From contig CM102285.1 in assembly GCA_046563655.1 (NCBI GenBank), positions 5,270,001 to 5,334,000 on the forward strand: a stretch of 64,000 nucleotides of DNA. The letters are read 5' to 3'. The DNA comes from Yuukianura sp. NJ FZ-2021. Lineage: Eukaryota. Position 1 is the stretch's first letter. The number at the start of each line of letters is the position of its first letter. The position numbers and the translations under genes were made by a program. The notes below the pieces were generated by a model. The model was not told where the DNA came from and did not search any database. It saw nothing but the letters and a program-made list of their open reading frames with translations. This document shows, piece after piece, positions 1 to 15,733 of this stretch.

Positions 1-3000
1 GAGTCCCTCTTTACCAACATTCACCTAATCATAATTTAAAAAAAATTTCTTTTATTTACATAAAGTTTTTGTAATTATCGAAATAAAGATTTTTAATACC
101 GGCCGCTGAGATGAGGTTAATTCCTGGAAATTGTATATTATGCGTCATCATCTTAGAAAATTTTAGAGATCCAAGGAGATGTCAGGTGTGTCTGGGAATA
201 ACATAGAACTTTGTCATCATTTAAAAAAAAGTACACTTTATTTCGGTGCGGGATGAAACACGAACGCATCTTCTATGTTTTCTTCATGAGAAGCAGGATC
301 TGTTAGAATTGAAAATTGGAACAAAACCTTAATATACTCCAAAGGCAATGGATTCGGAGTCAGATGCTGGAGTCCTCCACGGAATAAGTGTCTGTCTCAG
401 CATCCCTTCAGTCCAGCACCTGACTTCGCATCCGCTTCTGTAAAAAACAAAACAAAACAAGCATCTACGGACACCACGGATGGCAGATGGGATGCTGAGG
501 CCTTTCTCATCTTCTCCCATCATCCAAAGATCATTTCCTGTCGCTACTTTTTATTTATAAAGCTTGATGTAGGTGGGCTTCAAAGGCTATTCCTATCCTC
601 TTCTTATAGAAATCACTCGAAGCGGATTTGATGATCTTTTTGTTGGTGTCTACTTCGATTTTGAGAAAAAAAAAACTACAAACTTAGTTCGCAATTTTGC
701 TTAATGCCATGTTTGAATCCAGTTCCACTAATTTGGCAGATTCGTTTTGAAGATGCAGCAGTTGAGTGATTTCGTATTATACATCAGCATTAAAAAATAG
801 CACTACGTGAGCGACGAAGACTAGGTTAACTCCTTTTCGAAAATACGTTGTATTCAGGTGCTGTGGAGGATGCGCATCTTCCAGATGCTTCAATTCAGGC
901 GTCCACTTTTAAAAATTGAACAGTTTGGAAATGTTTTATTTACTCCAAGAAAAGCACCAACTGCTTCGGTTATTGTCTCGTGCTGATCTCGATTATATGT
1001 AAATTCTCCAGAAAAATGGCGTTGGACATTAAGCAACGTCTTGGAGAAGAGCGCGGTTCCTTGGAATGAATACCTTGACAGATGGATATCCTTGTTCATC
1101 TTTTCGGTTTACACTGAAAATATTGATGGATTTAGTTAGTCGATGAGGAAGATGCTTAAAAGAGCAGGTGAAATTTCAGGTACTTTTTTGTTCTAAAATT
1201 CAATGCAGTTTAGAGTATACGTCTTAAACCTTTCAGATTCAATTTCCAAAACGAGTTTTTTAAGGTTTGTTTTATGGAGAAACCTAAAGGCCATGCAGCG
1301 CGTGCCATCACACTAAATATTCTGAAAGGATTCAGTGGGACGGCATTATTTAGCGTCACTTCAAACTTAATGGGTCCAAAATTTTATTGTTAAGAAATTT
1401 GCAAATCTTTGAAATATTTGCGACATGTAGTGGCTTTATCTTTTGTTGGATTGTTTTTAAGGAAAGCAGAAGAATGGATAAAAGTACATGTACTTCCGGT
1501 GGATGTTAAGTTTGTTTCATTTCAACGGCCTCTCAAGGTACAATTTTAATATTTGGAAGTCTCATCCTCAGGCCGTTGGAGTTAAGAAGACTTCCTCTGG
1601 GAACAAAGCCACATAACAATGAAGTCGCATCTTCCTTCGGATGAAGGCAGACGCTTCTCTTCTGCGTCCCACTAATGGGATGATGTGAGCACAAAATGGG
1701 AACACAGGAAGGACAGGGACAAATAAATTGCAAGTTTCACGGTTCAAAGTTGACATGATTTTCCTAATTTTAAGTAAACAATTGTGGTTTATTTCCATCA
1801 AAATTGTTTGCAACTCCTAACTTCAGCAATCATCAATAATCAGCATAATCGAGCACAATTTTAGTTCAATTGGGAAGCATTATCCGGATCTCATTATTAA
1901 TGTTTTGTATTTATGATCCTATTCACTCTTACGCTGATTCAAAAATTAACTTATCACCGATTATTTCTACTTCAGAAATGATTTATGCCTATCATTTTGT
2001 AAATGTGAAGTCATTTTCAACAAAACTTTAGCTTTTTTTATTTGCAAAAGTTTATTGAAAGTTTTTCTTAATTATAAGTTTTCATCCTATCAACGAAAAA
2101 CGGATAACCTTACTTTACGTCAAGTTTTCCGCCGTTCATTCTTGCAGTCCTTTGCTTCTGAATACGTTTATACACGTATAATTTTAGAAGATTCAGTTGA
2201 AGACGAATACTTGTAAGTACACCATTCATTTCACCTGCTCCTACCTGTGTGACTTTCCTTGCCTGACTTGGCCCTCATTTCCATTGTTCAACGGAAGAGT
2301 CATCTGAGGGCTATGAATGAGATGTGTGAAGATGGGCAAAAGTCAAGATTCATCAGCACATCTTCCCATCAAGAACTCATCCTGATGCACCAAGGCGGGA
2401 GGAAATGGACCGGTTTTCACGGGGCCCTTTTCCGGTCCAACGCCAAGAAAAAATGGGCCTGGAGATTGGAAACACCGCAGAGGAGACTTGGGATCACGAG
2501 CAGAAGGGAGCCCTTAAGGGATCCCCTCATCAATTAATTGGCCACTCTACCGAGGGCTCACTGCGCGTCCTTACCGTCTGTTTTGGATGAAATTAACGAC
2601 TTGGTATTCACGTCTGCATCTTATTTCGATTCGCGGATAACTTTTTACAAGAGCGTTTAGAAACTAACGTCTTCCGTTCAGAATTTTCTACTGAAAACTG
2701 CTCTTGAAGAGATCTTCTCTGGGAGATGCAACTACTTATTCCAATCACGTGGAACTTGTTGCAATTCAAATTCGAATTTAGTTTCGACTTTTGTGAAGTT
2801 TTTTCTTGATTTTAAAACTAAACTAATTACTGGCAGGTGTAAGTTTTTTCAGTTCTGTTGTGTTAAATAAATGCACACAAGTCTTAAGTAAAAAAAAATT
2901 ACTAAATTAATTTGGATGTCCTTAAGATTATTGTCTAGTTATTGTTTAGGTACTGGATAAATTCAGGTAACGGTACTGTTTTTGACAAATCAATTAACGT

Positions 3001-6000
3001 TAATTAAAATCTAATTTTAGCTAGTTATTTTTTACATCTTGAAATTCTTAGCAAATAGATGAAGTCGCTGCATTTGTTGAATAATATCAAAAGGAAAAGA
3101 GCTTTTACTTTTCTCATCAACGCTTTTCCATTTGCCATCTGCCTTTGACAAGACACAGGAAATTGCAACTTTGAAAACTGTTAACGGCGATCTTAGATTT
3201 TGTCTGACCGTTTGAATAAAAAGTACAGTTCATCAAAATTTCAAATGTGTGAACACTCTGAATTGTAACTCCTAAAAATCACTGGCTAGAACTGCAAATG
3301 AGTTGCACTATAACGTACTGATGCCGTTGTTACCCTCTTTTATCGTTCTCCCTATCAAGGTAAAATATCAATTTATACCGTTAGTCTCCAAATTTGTTTC
3401 CAAAACTATGGATGTCAAAAATGGAATGAACAAAGCACATACCTATATTTAATGGTTAGGACTAGGAGTCTTAAATGCAGTGCAGTCAAAACAATACACA
3501 TGAAATATGGGACTAAACTGAAATTTCATTGAGTAATCTTATGCGTCGGGACATCTTCTAGGAGTGTTAATCTTTGAAGCAAGGTTTAATTAAAGCCTCT
3601 TTAGCTCCGCATTAGTGGTTAGAAACCACACTCAGCACACTACCAGATCCGTTTCATCTCTCTTTCGGTCCTCTCTCGTCCAGAACTTTTTGGATCCAAA
3701 AAATTCGACATCTGGAGACGCGACGGCTAGGACTTAGTTTGGTCACTCTTATCAGTCTTAATTTTAACTTTCCACGGACTTTCCTTGAGGTCAGAGATTT
3801 ACTTTTTCAAAACCCCATGTCGGAGAGTACACAGAGAGGAAGCGGAGTCCATTGATTTTTCGGGCGTCCAAAGTCAATTCTCACGGTTTTCCTCATAAGA
3901 AAAGCACACCGCTGCCCCATCTCCTTTCCTCAGATCATGAAGCCTTAGTTGGTGGATGGTTGAGGCGGAGATGTGAAAGGAGAGCGGATGTCACTTTGGT
4001 TTTCTGGTTAGCTCAAATTTCATATAAAATTGATAAGTTGAGTCAAAGATAGTAAAGTTGGGCATTTGATTTTCCATTTCTCCAGCAATTTCCAGTAATT
4101 CCCCACACACCGCAAAAACTGATCATCATGACAGCCACTTTTAGCGAAAGAAGAATACCAGGTCACTCGGGTCAGGTTGCGGACATAACCTGGACCCAAG
4201 GTTGTTTAAATTGAAATTTTGTTAATTTTTTCTTAACAGGTTATGCCATAACACCTTTTCTTTTTTAATTTTTTGCACCGCACACGTTGCACTCCGTTGA
4301 GATAGCAATTCGAAATCAAAAGTACGACTCAGCAACGTGAAAATTAAAATTAAAATCAAAAGATTATAGTGAAAATAAACAAAATTCGTCCGAAAGTTGT
4401 TGGTTCTTGTTTGTTTGAAAAATTGGAGTTATGGCATAACCTGATACGGAATTTGTACGAATGGCCGCTACAGCAGCCTTGACCTGGACCAATCTTGTGG
4501 CTAATGTAGTCCCTAACGTAGCCTGAATTGAACATTACCATAACCTAACTAACCTAACTAAAACTTTGTTTTGTTTTTTTGCGCTTGGGGACTTCTGCAA
4601 CGCAGTCAGTGGGATTAACAATAATATAAAAGACTTGCTCTTGCTTTCCTCCCTCCAAGTCACACATATACTTCCTTATCTTATGATTTCGTGTTGCAAA
4701 AAAATATAATTGACTAATTGAGTTTTGCGGATGTTACGTAGTGAACATGGCTTGCCTTTTGTCAATAAGAATGGAGAATCCCACTGCTTCAGGATCCACG
4801 CAATCATCCACTTTGCAGAGAGAGAGTTTCAGATCCACCCAAGACTCATCTCTCGCCGTGAGATTATGGGCTGCTCTCATTAGTTGATGGATTTCGTATT
4901 TGTGCTCTTCCTTTGCCTGATTTTCCTTCAATTCATGAGACTTGAGTGGTGATGATGACACAGGCTCTGGCAAAACAGCACAGGTAGATCTGTATGGCCT
5001 AATGATTCCGTGGGAACCAAATCCTGTTTCTTGAGGATATGGGAGATATGTGAACTTTTTTGTATTTTTTAGTCTCAGAATTATGATTAGAGAAGCAGAG
5101 AAGAGGATGGACGCAGTTTGTACAAAAGGCCAACGAGAGCACGGATCAGCGAGTAGAATCTTTTGCCAATTTTCCCATAGGAGTTTCATTTCATCATCAC
5201 TTGTACCATCCTGAATCTAATGGCACAGGGAGAGATCACTTCCATCGCATGATGCTTCATCCCCTGCTCATCATCATCATCATCATGGGAAATTACCTTT
5301 CGCTGTTGACTTTTCCGTGAGGCCCACAGATTCAGCAGAGTGTTGCAAGGCATCCTGGAGCTTATGCTGGTGTGAGGACGAAGGAAAGGGGAGAAAGTTA
5401 GTGTAATCAGATCTGATGGAGGATCAATAGCGAGGGACTACGGCAGTAGTGCAGTCATGACTTCCTCCAAAGATCATGTCTGCGCTCCTTTCACTCAGAA
5501 AAAGAAACTTTCAGATCCAGACCAATCACTGAACAGGAAAACGAAGGAATTGCCTTATGCTTGGGAATGGAAGGCCAACTTCTTGCGCCTTAACCTACAA
5601 AAATTGTTCCTTTCAGAGTTCGTTTTTAAAAAGTCGTTCAATATGTGGCATTTTATTTTTGCGAGCTTCCCTGGGTTGAATCTTTTCTAGAATTAAAATA
5701 ATGTGTTGTGTTCTTACGTTACCCTTGCTCTGTCTTTTTAAATTTTCTAAAATGTATTTTCAAACAATTTGGAAGTTAATTGAATTATGTCATTTGAATT
5801 CAATTGCAGTTACTACCTGGTTTCTTATTTTTTGTTTAATTTTATAGGCGACTCAACAAACGTCAAGTCCACATTTTGTATTTAATTTGAATTAGAATTC
5901 GCATTTTAGGGAAGTAGAGATTGGGAATGAGAGAAGTGAAAGTTCCGAGTTTCCCTGCAATTCCTCGATTTTGGAGAACTTTCAAAAAGGAATCGATAAA

Positions 6001-9000
6001 AGTCACTTCCAATGTTCGTGAGGAGATTTAGAACGTTTCGATCTCTTTTTTGCTTTTGCTATTCCGTTATCAAAATAAAGTAAACTGAAAACAAAGAGCG
6101 CGTGTTTTACTTTACAATACTTACAACGTTTTTTCCAATTATTGTCGCTAAGGTCGACATTAGTTTTTGTTTAACTTAACTTCAAACTTTTGGTAATTAA
6201 TTCAAGTTTTCGGTAATCAATAGTTTGGGGTAAATCGCATATGCTGCTTAAGATTAGTTTAAAACTTAGTACTCTTTCAAGTAAAGTCAAGTTAGAGTAC
6301 GTTTGTTCAGTGTCAGTTGAAATTTTTGAATCCGGGCATCGGGTGACATTGGAATCTAAATAGTTGTAGCAGCTGACGCCAATGCATCAATGTCTTGTGA
6401 GTGGATGATTTAATTTCCAAGTGAAGGACAAGTGAGTGACTGCTTGAGATTCTGTTTTTGGAAGTGTGCTTGTATATTTAGTTTGGAAATTAATTGCGTA
6501 GTTTTATTGTTTTGCAGTCGAGTGATTTCCCAATGGTCATTTGTTGACGACTGGTGTGGCTATGAGTAACTTTGGGTATTGGATGGAATGTCCAAACCAC
6601 AGTTCCATAACTACTGAAAATCCTTTTGTACTTCCTACATCACCACCGATGTCCAGAATCTAACACGGTTTCGTAGGAATGAATTGGGGAACTCAATTGC
6701 ACAGAATTTTGACATCCTATTCTAAAAATCCTACTGGAAACCGCATAATGAGGAAAAATGGGATTCAAAATGATTTATAGAAATATGCTCAAGGAAGACG
6801 CCTATTACGGGATCTCTTAAAATTCATTTAGACTAATCATGCCAACTTAATTAAACTACTGCCAAATACTTTTAGCACAGAAGATGAACAGGTCAAGTGG
6901 AGTGGACAGAACACAGATTCTGTTGTAAAATAGAAAGTCAAAGGAATTTGAGACTGAATGAACCTAAAAATCATTTCCGTCACCCGTTTGAATTGCCAAT
7001 TTCCTTCCTTGGAATTGAATTGAAATGACAATTCAGTGGTTTCTCATCCTCCGATTTTGAAGGGATTACGATTAGGGATTCTTGAGAAGTAGAAGTCTTT
7101 TCCTTGATGATGGTTTTTTATCAATTCAGCATCATCCTGTGCTCTGCCCAAACCTCAGAAAACCGCTCTCTGTCCAGAGTCCAGTGACCAATAACCTAAC
7201 CGGAGAAGGAAATGTCCAGTGGTTAGTGGAAATGCGGGAGATGGTGTTTTGGTTTCAAATTGGAGAATGTACAGTAAACCAGTTGCAGGATTTTTAGCAT
7301 TATATCCGACACCATTCCTATGAAATCTATGCACACAAATCTAACAAGACTTTACATACAATTCTATTTATAATCAATCTCGGTGGACTGCATCTAACCT
7401 TTATCTTTTTGTCTTTTCTCAACGTTTCTCAACCAAAGTATTTTTTTGTTCCATTGGACTGCAGAAGTTGTACAAAATTTTGAGGGAAATGATAATGGGA
7501 AGACTAAAAATGGATTTAAAAATAGTCAATTTTAAAAAGGATTTTGGAAACACTTCTCCTCGGGCAATCTTTGACATTTCTTGTGCTCTCTGTCTCTAAA
7601 ATGCTCTTCTGCTTTTAAAGCTAGGTCCATCTGAAATGCTCATATTCTCTTCAAAAAACGTCTAAAAGATTCCCATTTCTTTAAATTTTGAACCCGTCTT
7701 CAGATTTTTTTTTTCAAAATTGTGAACCTTTTTGAAAGAAATTGTTTAATTTTAACTTGGAGGTGAGGATCAAGTGTTCAAAAAAATGACAAACTCGAAT
7801 ATGGAATGCAACCCGTTCAAAAAAAAATGGATGTTTCATATTAACATTGTTCGGAATGAGATGAAATCTCGACATTAGTTTAAAGATGCAATTCCGTATT
7901 CTGCTGTATGAAACTTGCAAAATTGAACTTCTAAAAACGTTAATTTTTTTTACTACGAATATTCGGTTCAGATCCGTTCACGGATCGCTTCGAAGACAAA
8001 AGGGGTCAAAGGTCAATGCTAATGACCCGCATATCTGTGTGACATTGGAGGTAAGTGACCTGCAGGGAGTGTGTTGGGTTATATGATCTGTTGTGTGTGT
8101 GAATTGGTTGTCATGGAAACTGGACATCGGAGGTAGGGAAGAGCGGTCCCTTTCCCACCCACTGCTCTGCTCTTTCTCTGGATCTTGGATGAGAAAGAGA
8201 AGACGAAGAGGGAAGACGTGAGAGGGGACAAGGGAGGAGGGATCTGGAAGAATCAGTCTCAGTCTCCAACATCAACTCATCACGGGCAGTTCTTCTGTCT
8301 TTAATCACTTCCAACAATAGTCAATTACAGTCATCGACACTACAACGATCATCAATTGGCGACAACCGGTCTGGAGTGAGGGATCAACCACTTAAGTGCC
8401 TTTCACTTCGTCCTCAGCTGCCGGAGACAGGTAAGGAGAAAGTCATTTTACTTTCGTTTTCGTTTTATATTGAAGGCTGTAACGGTAAAAAATAATCGGG
8501 GAAAAATCAGGTTTCGAAATCCATCGATGGTTTCGTGAAACCAGCGATAGATTGATAGAATCCGATAGAATCATTTTTAATGTTAAATTCAATCGGAGAA
8601 GCTTGTTACGATGCACAATTCAGTTTTATTGTTCGTTTTCGTTAACATCGGAAGCTAAAACAATGCATTCTCTTATTCCTCGTTATCATCCGCAGCTTCC
8701 ATGTTTAAAAACTCATCCGTGTTAATCCAGGATGTTAGTTAAATTAGTAATTTGAATTTAGTTATTGTAAAATTGGTGTCAAACAAGTGTTATTGAGAGA
8801 GCGTTGACCAATATAGACGAGAAAGTGACGCTTTGATATCGTTTCCGTCCAAGAATGACAGCATTTCGAATTTGAAAAAATTGCGTGATTTTTTACAGTA
8901 TGATCAGGGTTGCCAAAATGATTGTGACTGACGTTTATGACTGACGTTAGTAACGTTTCTGACGGGACCCCTGGTCACGTTGCGTCAATTTTATTTTTTA

Positions 9001-12000
9001 TTTCGCGCGAATTGCTGATGTTTTATGTAAAAAAATGATCGAGAGGAGCGAAATTTTACCAAAAGCGAAGTAAAACATAGTTTTGTCGTCGTTTTGCATC
9101 TTCTGTTTGCCATTTTCGGTGATCTGCAGCATATAGCGTAGCAGAAGTTTTAGAAAATTGGTAATTAAAATTAATATTAACTGCTAAGCAGGGAGGAAAA
9201 CCCCGTATGGTGCTATGTATGAAACACTCCAAGGTTGCTATAGCAACGAAATTGATTTGCTTTAAGAGGTTTGGCAATAAGTCCTGTTTACGAAAAAATT
9301 CGCTCCAAACAATTTTTCCCCCAATCCCATTTGATTGCATATAAATCATTACCGTAGGAAGGCACGGTGAACCAAGTTTTCCTAATTTTTAACCAAAATT
9401 TAAAACGCTTGAGTTATTGCCTAACCTGTTGAAAAAAAAACTATTTTCTTGTTTACAAACCTTGAAACACTCCATCCAGGCGCCAAGCGCCTGGATGGAG
9501 TGCCAACGTTTTTCGTAAAATTCCTACAACTAGCGCGAAATGACGGTTCGGTAACTAAAAATCTAAATTTTATTGCGCCTTTGGCTCAAATACATCGCTT
9601 TTAAGCCAATATCCGCCTCCAAACAAAAGCTAAAAACTTAGTAAAAACACTTTTCAGGGGGCCAAATTTTATAAAAATTCGAAATTTTTGAGAGCGGGTC
9701 AAAAAAATTATATGAAATTATTAGGTCATAGGGTATTTGTAAAGAAAAAATTACGAAAATCCGAGTTACCCCAACTGATGGCAAACTTTTTCACAGACTT
9801 CTCGAATTAGTCTATGAACATGTCCCACATGTCAATTGGTTCTACTCCCAAATTGTAAAATTTTACCGTAATCGGACAAATCTAACTGAACGTAATCGTG
9901 CGTTAGGTTAGGTTAGGTATTGTATTGGCTAAGTAGTGTTAGGCTAAGTATTGGTTGAAATGGACGAGATTTGATTAAGAGGCATGGAGCTGGTGAAAGT
10001 TAGGTTTTTCATAAGCAGTATGGGACAACATAACCTGCTGTCAACGGCATTAGATACTACGTCAGGAGTTGAGGATTGTTACACAAGTGAACTCGACTAA
10101 AAGTTACATGGATGTGAATAGGAATTTTAAGAGGGAGACATTCCATAAGATTTAATTGTTCTTGAAGTCAATAGCTTCCAAGTTCCAAATGTCTCAGTTT
10201 TCCTTGACGAAATCTTTTGTTCTATTGAATCCGTCAGTAGGAGTGGAAGTGCTGAAAGATAGTTGGAGTCGACTAGAGGTAGTTTCTAACTTTGACTCTT
10301 GATCATAAACATAATAGGTCATTAAATCTGGGCTCACTCCATTCTTTCATCTCCTTCGATTGTTCACTGTTCAGTAGCGACTCCACGGAGGCCAACTTTC
10401 GAAAAAAAATCATTTTAAAAACTACTTTTAGGTATGCACAAGCTAGAATTTCTCGAAATGATCTCGAACACTTACGGTATCTGCTACTGTATAAAAATGG
10501 AACTTACTAATTAATGGTCTTAAAGTGAAGCCTCTCCCGGTAATAGAGACGCTTTGAACTGTGATGCTGTTAGTGTTCGTACTTAGGCTAATCGTCTGTG
10601 GCTTTCCTGTTAACTGATTTTGTTTACGTTGAGGACAGCGTCTCCTGCCATCCAAAGAATAGGTCGTAATTTCTTGATTGGAAATCCTGAGAAATAGAGT
10701 CGTTGGACTAAAGTAGTGCATTGAACTGGATCCGATTTATGTAAAATCACATCTACTGTATTTCATTGTTCTGATTTTGAATCTTTCAGGTTATTCTTTT
10801 CATGGTAGAATTATCGAAACGAAGAACTAAAAAACATACAGCGCCAAGTTAGCTTATATGACCACCAGTTCTGCATCTCAATCCAGGAAATAGACAAATC
10901 TCTGATCTTGAAAAGTTTTCTGTCATCCTCCATCTCATTGACTGGTTTCATCTTCCAATTTCGTTTTTTGAATTAGCTTTAGTTAGGTAAAGACTGGTAA
11001 CAGTTTGTGTGCTGAATGATCTGTCTTTCTGCGTCATTTTTCGTTGTCATTGTAGATTTCCTGTAAACTCCTCCTTAGAATTTTCTGTTCCTGCCTTCCC
11101 TTGTGTAGGAAAACGCAAACAATCAACTTTTCGAGTTTCTTTTTTATTTAACAATTGCCAACCCTGTGACAGAAGCAGTCTAAGTTTCCCAGGCATAATG
11201 GATTTGGATCTAGGCTTAAAGATTGGGTAGTGCAGAAGGGAGATATTCGAAGATGGCTTCACTGCATATGTAATGCTTCATCAGTTCCCTGGGTCAAAAG
11301 GCTCTTTTTAGTCTATTTTTACTAATACCGACACCATTCAACTTCATGTATTTGGGATTTCAAAGCACTAGGGATAGAAATGGGGAAAATAAAGTCTTTT
11401 TAAGCATATTTTGCCTTTGGTCTAGCTGCTCTTGTTTGTGATCAGTTTTGGTCACTTTTTAAGCTGTGAAAACGGGAAGGACGCTCTTCAAAAGGGGTTA
11501 ATGAGACACAATTCACTTCTTCCACTGACCCCCTACCTGTTAAAGTTCTTTTTTTAGTTAATGCTTCTCGTCCTTGATTGATGGGTCTTCGTAGGTTAAC
11601 TTAACCTAAACCTTAAGGATTTTGGCAAGAATCGTCCGTTGGAATTGAGCTCCATCCTGTTCTGTTTTAGAAACCTAAGCAACAGCAGTTCTATTGCTGT
11701 AATGCATCTCATCACCTGCTGTATGCACTGTATTTTCAGATTTTTTAACCACCTTACTTGACTCCCCCGCGTGAACAAGGGTCCCTTAAGGGAGGGAAAA
11801 TCTCAATTTTCTGAATATTGAACTCCTACCTTCACAGGTAGAAACCCTGCGCTAAGGATTTGCTTAATCTTTTAGAGTGGATAATATTGTAATACGTATA
11901 TTTTCATTTTTTGGTTCAACACATCTTAAGTTTTGGAATAACTGAAGATGTTCATTAGCCTCTCAAAATTTTCATGACATCAGTGTGTATGGATAGTATG

Positions 12001-12500
12001 AAATTGGAAGGTGCAGAGATGATGAGAGTGATGGCCAAGAATGATTCATGAATGGAAATGCTCCTGCATCCAGAATATCCTGAGATCATCTTGTTGAAGT
12101 GATCTCCGACAAAGTTTGAAACGTGGTTTGGCATCGCTTTCCTTATTTCCCTAATTCAAGTTGCTTGATCTTGTTCAGAATTCAATAGTAATCTACTCCT
12201 GAGAGCATCATCATCATCCAACATAAGGTTATGATGATTTAGGATTTGGAAACAGGCACACGCATCCTACCATTCTACTGTCGATGACATGAACCCTCAA
12301 TCCTACCTGCGAAAATAATCAATAGAAAAGTAGTTGGACTTCTCCCCTCTCATCCTTATTTTCGAATTAGTTTTTACTTTGGGTTGTCATAATCATCAGC
12401 TTTAATGCAATTGGATTCGTGTTTTTAGCAGGTTCAATTGTGCGTAAGGTGTGACGCAGGGTTTCGGCTAAGAGGGAGCAGATGAGGATGCTGCCCGCAG

Positions 12501-13219
12501 CAGACATCCGGAATGAACCCGGAATCAGCTACCGATTTTTCGAAAATTTCAGCTACCGATTTCGGTAGCTGATTAAAAATGGCGGAGCCGAAAAAAAACG
12601 TGAATTTTATCGATGATATAAAAAAAATCATTTTTTTAAAAAGAGATTACATGACCGTATTCGAAGGTGATGCGATGTAAACTGCAGGATAACCGTCTTT
12701 TTGCTTGGAAAAGCTTTCAAAATGTAACTTGAAGTTTTCCTCCACGTTTTAGGCGCGAAGAAAATTCGGTTTCTGGGAAAAAACAAACCGAAAAAACTAG
12801 TCTTCTGGAGTCGTACTGAAAACGAACTTTTACGAAAAATATTTTTCCAGATTCAAAGAGCATTAGAAAAATCGGTTACGGAAGTCGAACTCGTCATAGA
12901 AATCGTCTTCCGCAGGGAGCCAAAACACAGAAAATCGAATTCTGGACGGAGACGATTTACTCTTTGGAAAAATCGATGTAGTAGTCGCGAGGCCTGGAAA
13001 TGCAAGCTTTTTAGATGTTTCACGCCATAGGCGTGAAAGAAAATCTGGTTTAAGAGCTGTAGAATCACCCGCGCCGTAGGCGCGCGAAATTTTTCGTTTT
13101 TGGAGTAAAAAAAGACTCAATTTTCTACTTTCTTAGCTACCGATTTCGGTAGCTGACAAACCGACAATTTTTAAAGAGCTGCCGAAATCCTATTGTCGGT
13201 AGCTGATTCCGGATGCCTG
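12501..13219. mobile_element. Non-autonomous hAT-like TIR element (MITE)
   Basis: Termini CAGACATCCGGAAT... and ...ATTCCGGATGCCTG, subterminal CAGCTACCGA repeats, 8-bp TSD GCCCGCAG (12493-12500 and 13220-13227). Confidence 0.85.
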
Positions 13220-15733
13220 GCCCGCAGAATGACGTAATGAGTTTTATTTCTCGGTTATTTTCTAACTCTACAACTAACTTTGAAAAGTAGGGGAAAAAAG
13301 CTTTTGAAATCATATTTTTAATCTTTAAATTTTAAGTAACTTTCATAAAAAATCAGAAGTTGAAGTTAGAATAAGGAAAGTGCAAGGCACAAGCGTCTCA
13401 GAGTTGTCAAAGAGTCTGCGTTGAGATTTTTTTAGAGCTTTTCACGGATCAATTCTTTTATTAAGTTGACTTTGAGTGGATGAAAGTTTGAGTTTGGAAA
13501 GCAACGGCACAGGTGAATTGCCGTTTCCATATTGTTTTTTGTTAGTACTGGAATACATTGTGGTGACGCGAATGAAGTATGATTGCTCCATCGTCGTCCA
13601 TCCCCGGCAGTTTGAGCAGATTGGATAAAATGATAGGCGCTGAATAATGGAAGAGGAGAGGCCAACGGAAAATCCATCCAGCAAAAACAACTTATTGTCC
13701 GAGTTTCTTTCATCTAGTAATCCTAGGATAGAGTGGGTATTAAAATAATAAATAATGGGGAAGAGCTCTCTTCTTCTGTGGAGACATTTTGAATAATGGA
13801 TGGACTATGGTTTGGGAGTGGAGAAAGTTCTTGAATGGCGACGAACGTTCCGCTCCACTTTGGAGAAAGGATGGAGTTTTCCTTTGAAGTCACTACGTTC
13901 CAAAGACTCTTGAAGGAGGAGGAGACAAGATAGGCTGGCAGCATATTTGAGCAGAAGCTTCTTCCAAGGCTTCTTTCTGCTCTAACGTTATTTCGGTTAC
14001 GATGGAGCAGAAGCCGCTGCAGTGTCGTGTGGAATTGGGAAGGGGGCTGGGGAGAGAAAGTGGAGCGCTAGATGAGAAATTGAAGAGTTTTTGAATGCGT
14101 AATGAAGGGATGGGAGAGAAAGCGACTTCGATTTTCCCAGGGAGCGTAGCATCCAGGTAGCATTGGATATTGTGGCCTGGAAGACTTTCTCTGGAGAGTT
14201 AGTTGTGTGTAATGGGACTCGCTCCGTGAGAGACAGGGAGGATGGACAGGAGAGGACAGTTGGTGAAAGTGGATGGGAAGGAGGTGTGTTTCTGGGAAAA
14301 GCTTTTGATTTTGATGAAAAGGAGAAAGCTAGGAGGCTATTAGGCATCAATCATTTACACGAACAGAGCCCAAGGTCTATTGCTCCAGTCCTCATTTATT
14401 TCGGTCAACACGGACAACTGGGACGTTGACGGAGAGAGATTTCTGTCACACAAACTTGAGTACACTCTCATTGTAATTTTTGGAGTGGAGCGTTTCAGTT
14501 TTGAATCTCTTTTTTGATGTATTGGAGTGAAATTTATTGAGGTGAAAGGATGGAGTAACGCTAGGTTGCTTTCTCTGGGTTTTAGAGCAGGACAGGTTGG
14601 TTAGGTGAAGGTACGGAGACATAAATTGGAAAATTCATGAGGAAATATGGGTTCTGTGTTAAGGGAGTTAGGATGAAGTTTTTATGAGATATTCGATTAG
14701 TTCATTTCTGCCGGGTAGATCCGAGGGCTTTGGGCTGGCCCCGTCCCAGCCAGGCGGAACTCATCCAAATGCCAAGATCTTGATTGCGACTCGTCCAGGG
14801 AGGGAGATATAGCGTTAGCGTCGTTTCGTCTCTTACCTCTCTTTTGTAAAGGCGTGTGTAGGTTCTGTCTGGAAGAGGAATGGGAGCTGGCCGCCTCCGT
14901 TCCAGTTGCCATGGCAACCGTAGGTCCAAACAATTTCCCGTAGATTTCTCAAATTATTCATGATGTCGGTCTCATTCTGTTCGAATTTTGTGTGGAGATG
15001 GGGAGAAAGAAGGGAGGAGGCGGACGTGGTTCGCCTCCTCGGGAGTTAGGTTGGAGAAAGTCTTCTGCGAAGTCGTTAGGAGGAAGGCTTTCTCTCGAAC
15101 TGAAAGGAGGACGGAACTTGGGAGAAGGAAGGAATGGTATCCCATGGCAACGGGATCGTTTTTCTTTGTTCTTGGTGTACATGGTATATATGCGGAAGAG
15201 AAGCCCCAGCCTTCTTGGTCACCGCCTCCACTCCAAATCCCAGCGTCTCTCTCCCTTTGGACGAGATCTCATGGTTGGGAGTGAGCTGATGATCTTCTGC
15301 CGTGCAGAGACCTCCCCATTGCAGTCCTTCCCAATGGAATTTACTGCGAGTCGAGATGCAGAGATTGCATGAGTCTTGGGCTTTTCTCCTTTCCCCTCCC
15401 TGCATCATGAAAAATAACTTTTGGAGAGAGTTCTCTGGCACGGACATGAACTGTGATGTGTAGGGTCGTGGCAGAGAAAGTGAAAAGTGGCAGCACAGTC
15501 TTCAATTTTGCAATTTCCGAGTTGTTTTCTTTTTTAAAAACACTTTTGAGGCCAAATAATATTAAGTGGCTCTGAATTTTAGTAAGAAGAAATTAAATTA
15601 ATTCGGATGATATACTAATCTATTTGTTTAAAAAAGAAATAAGAATTGAAGATGAAAAGTGGCAATCTTATGCATCTCTTTTAGAGTTGAGTAGTAAGGT
15701 ACTATACTATATGCTACTTAGTTCATAGAAGTA

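Noticed and set aside
9903..9917. (TTAGG)3 as a telomeric remnant
   Set aside because: Only three units, and similar CTAAC motifs recur inside small repeats elsewhere in the window.
13432..15447. Cluster of overlapping 70-126 aa ORFs upstream of peb
   Set aside because: GA-rich sequence open on both strands with no domains or consistent splice pattern; likely non-coding.
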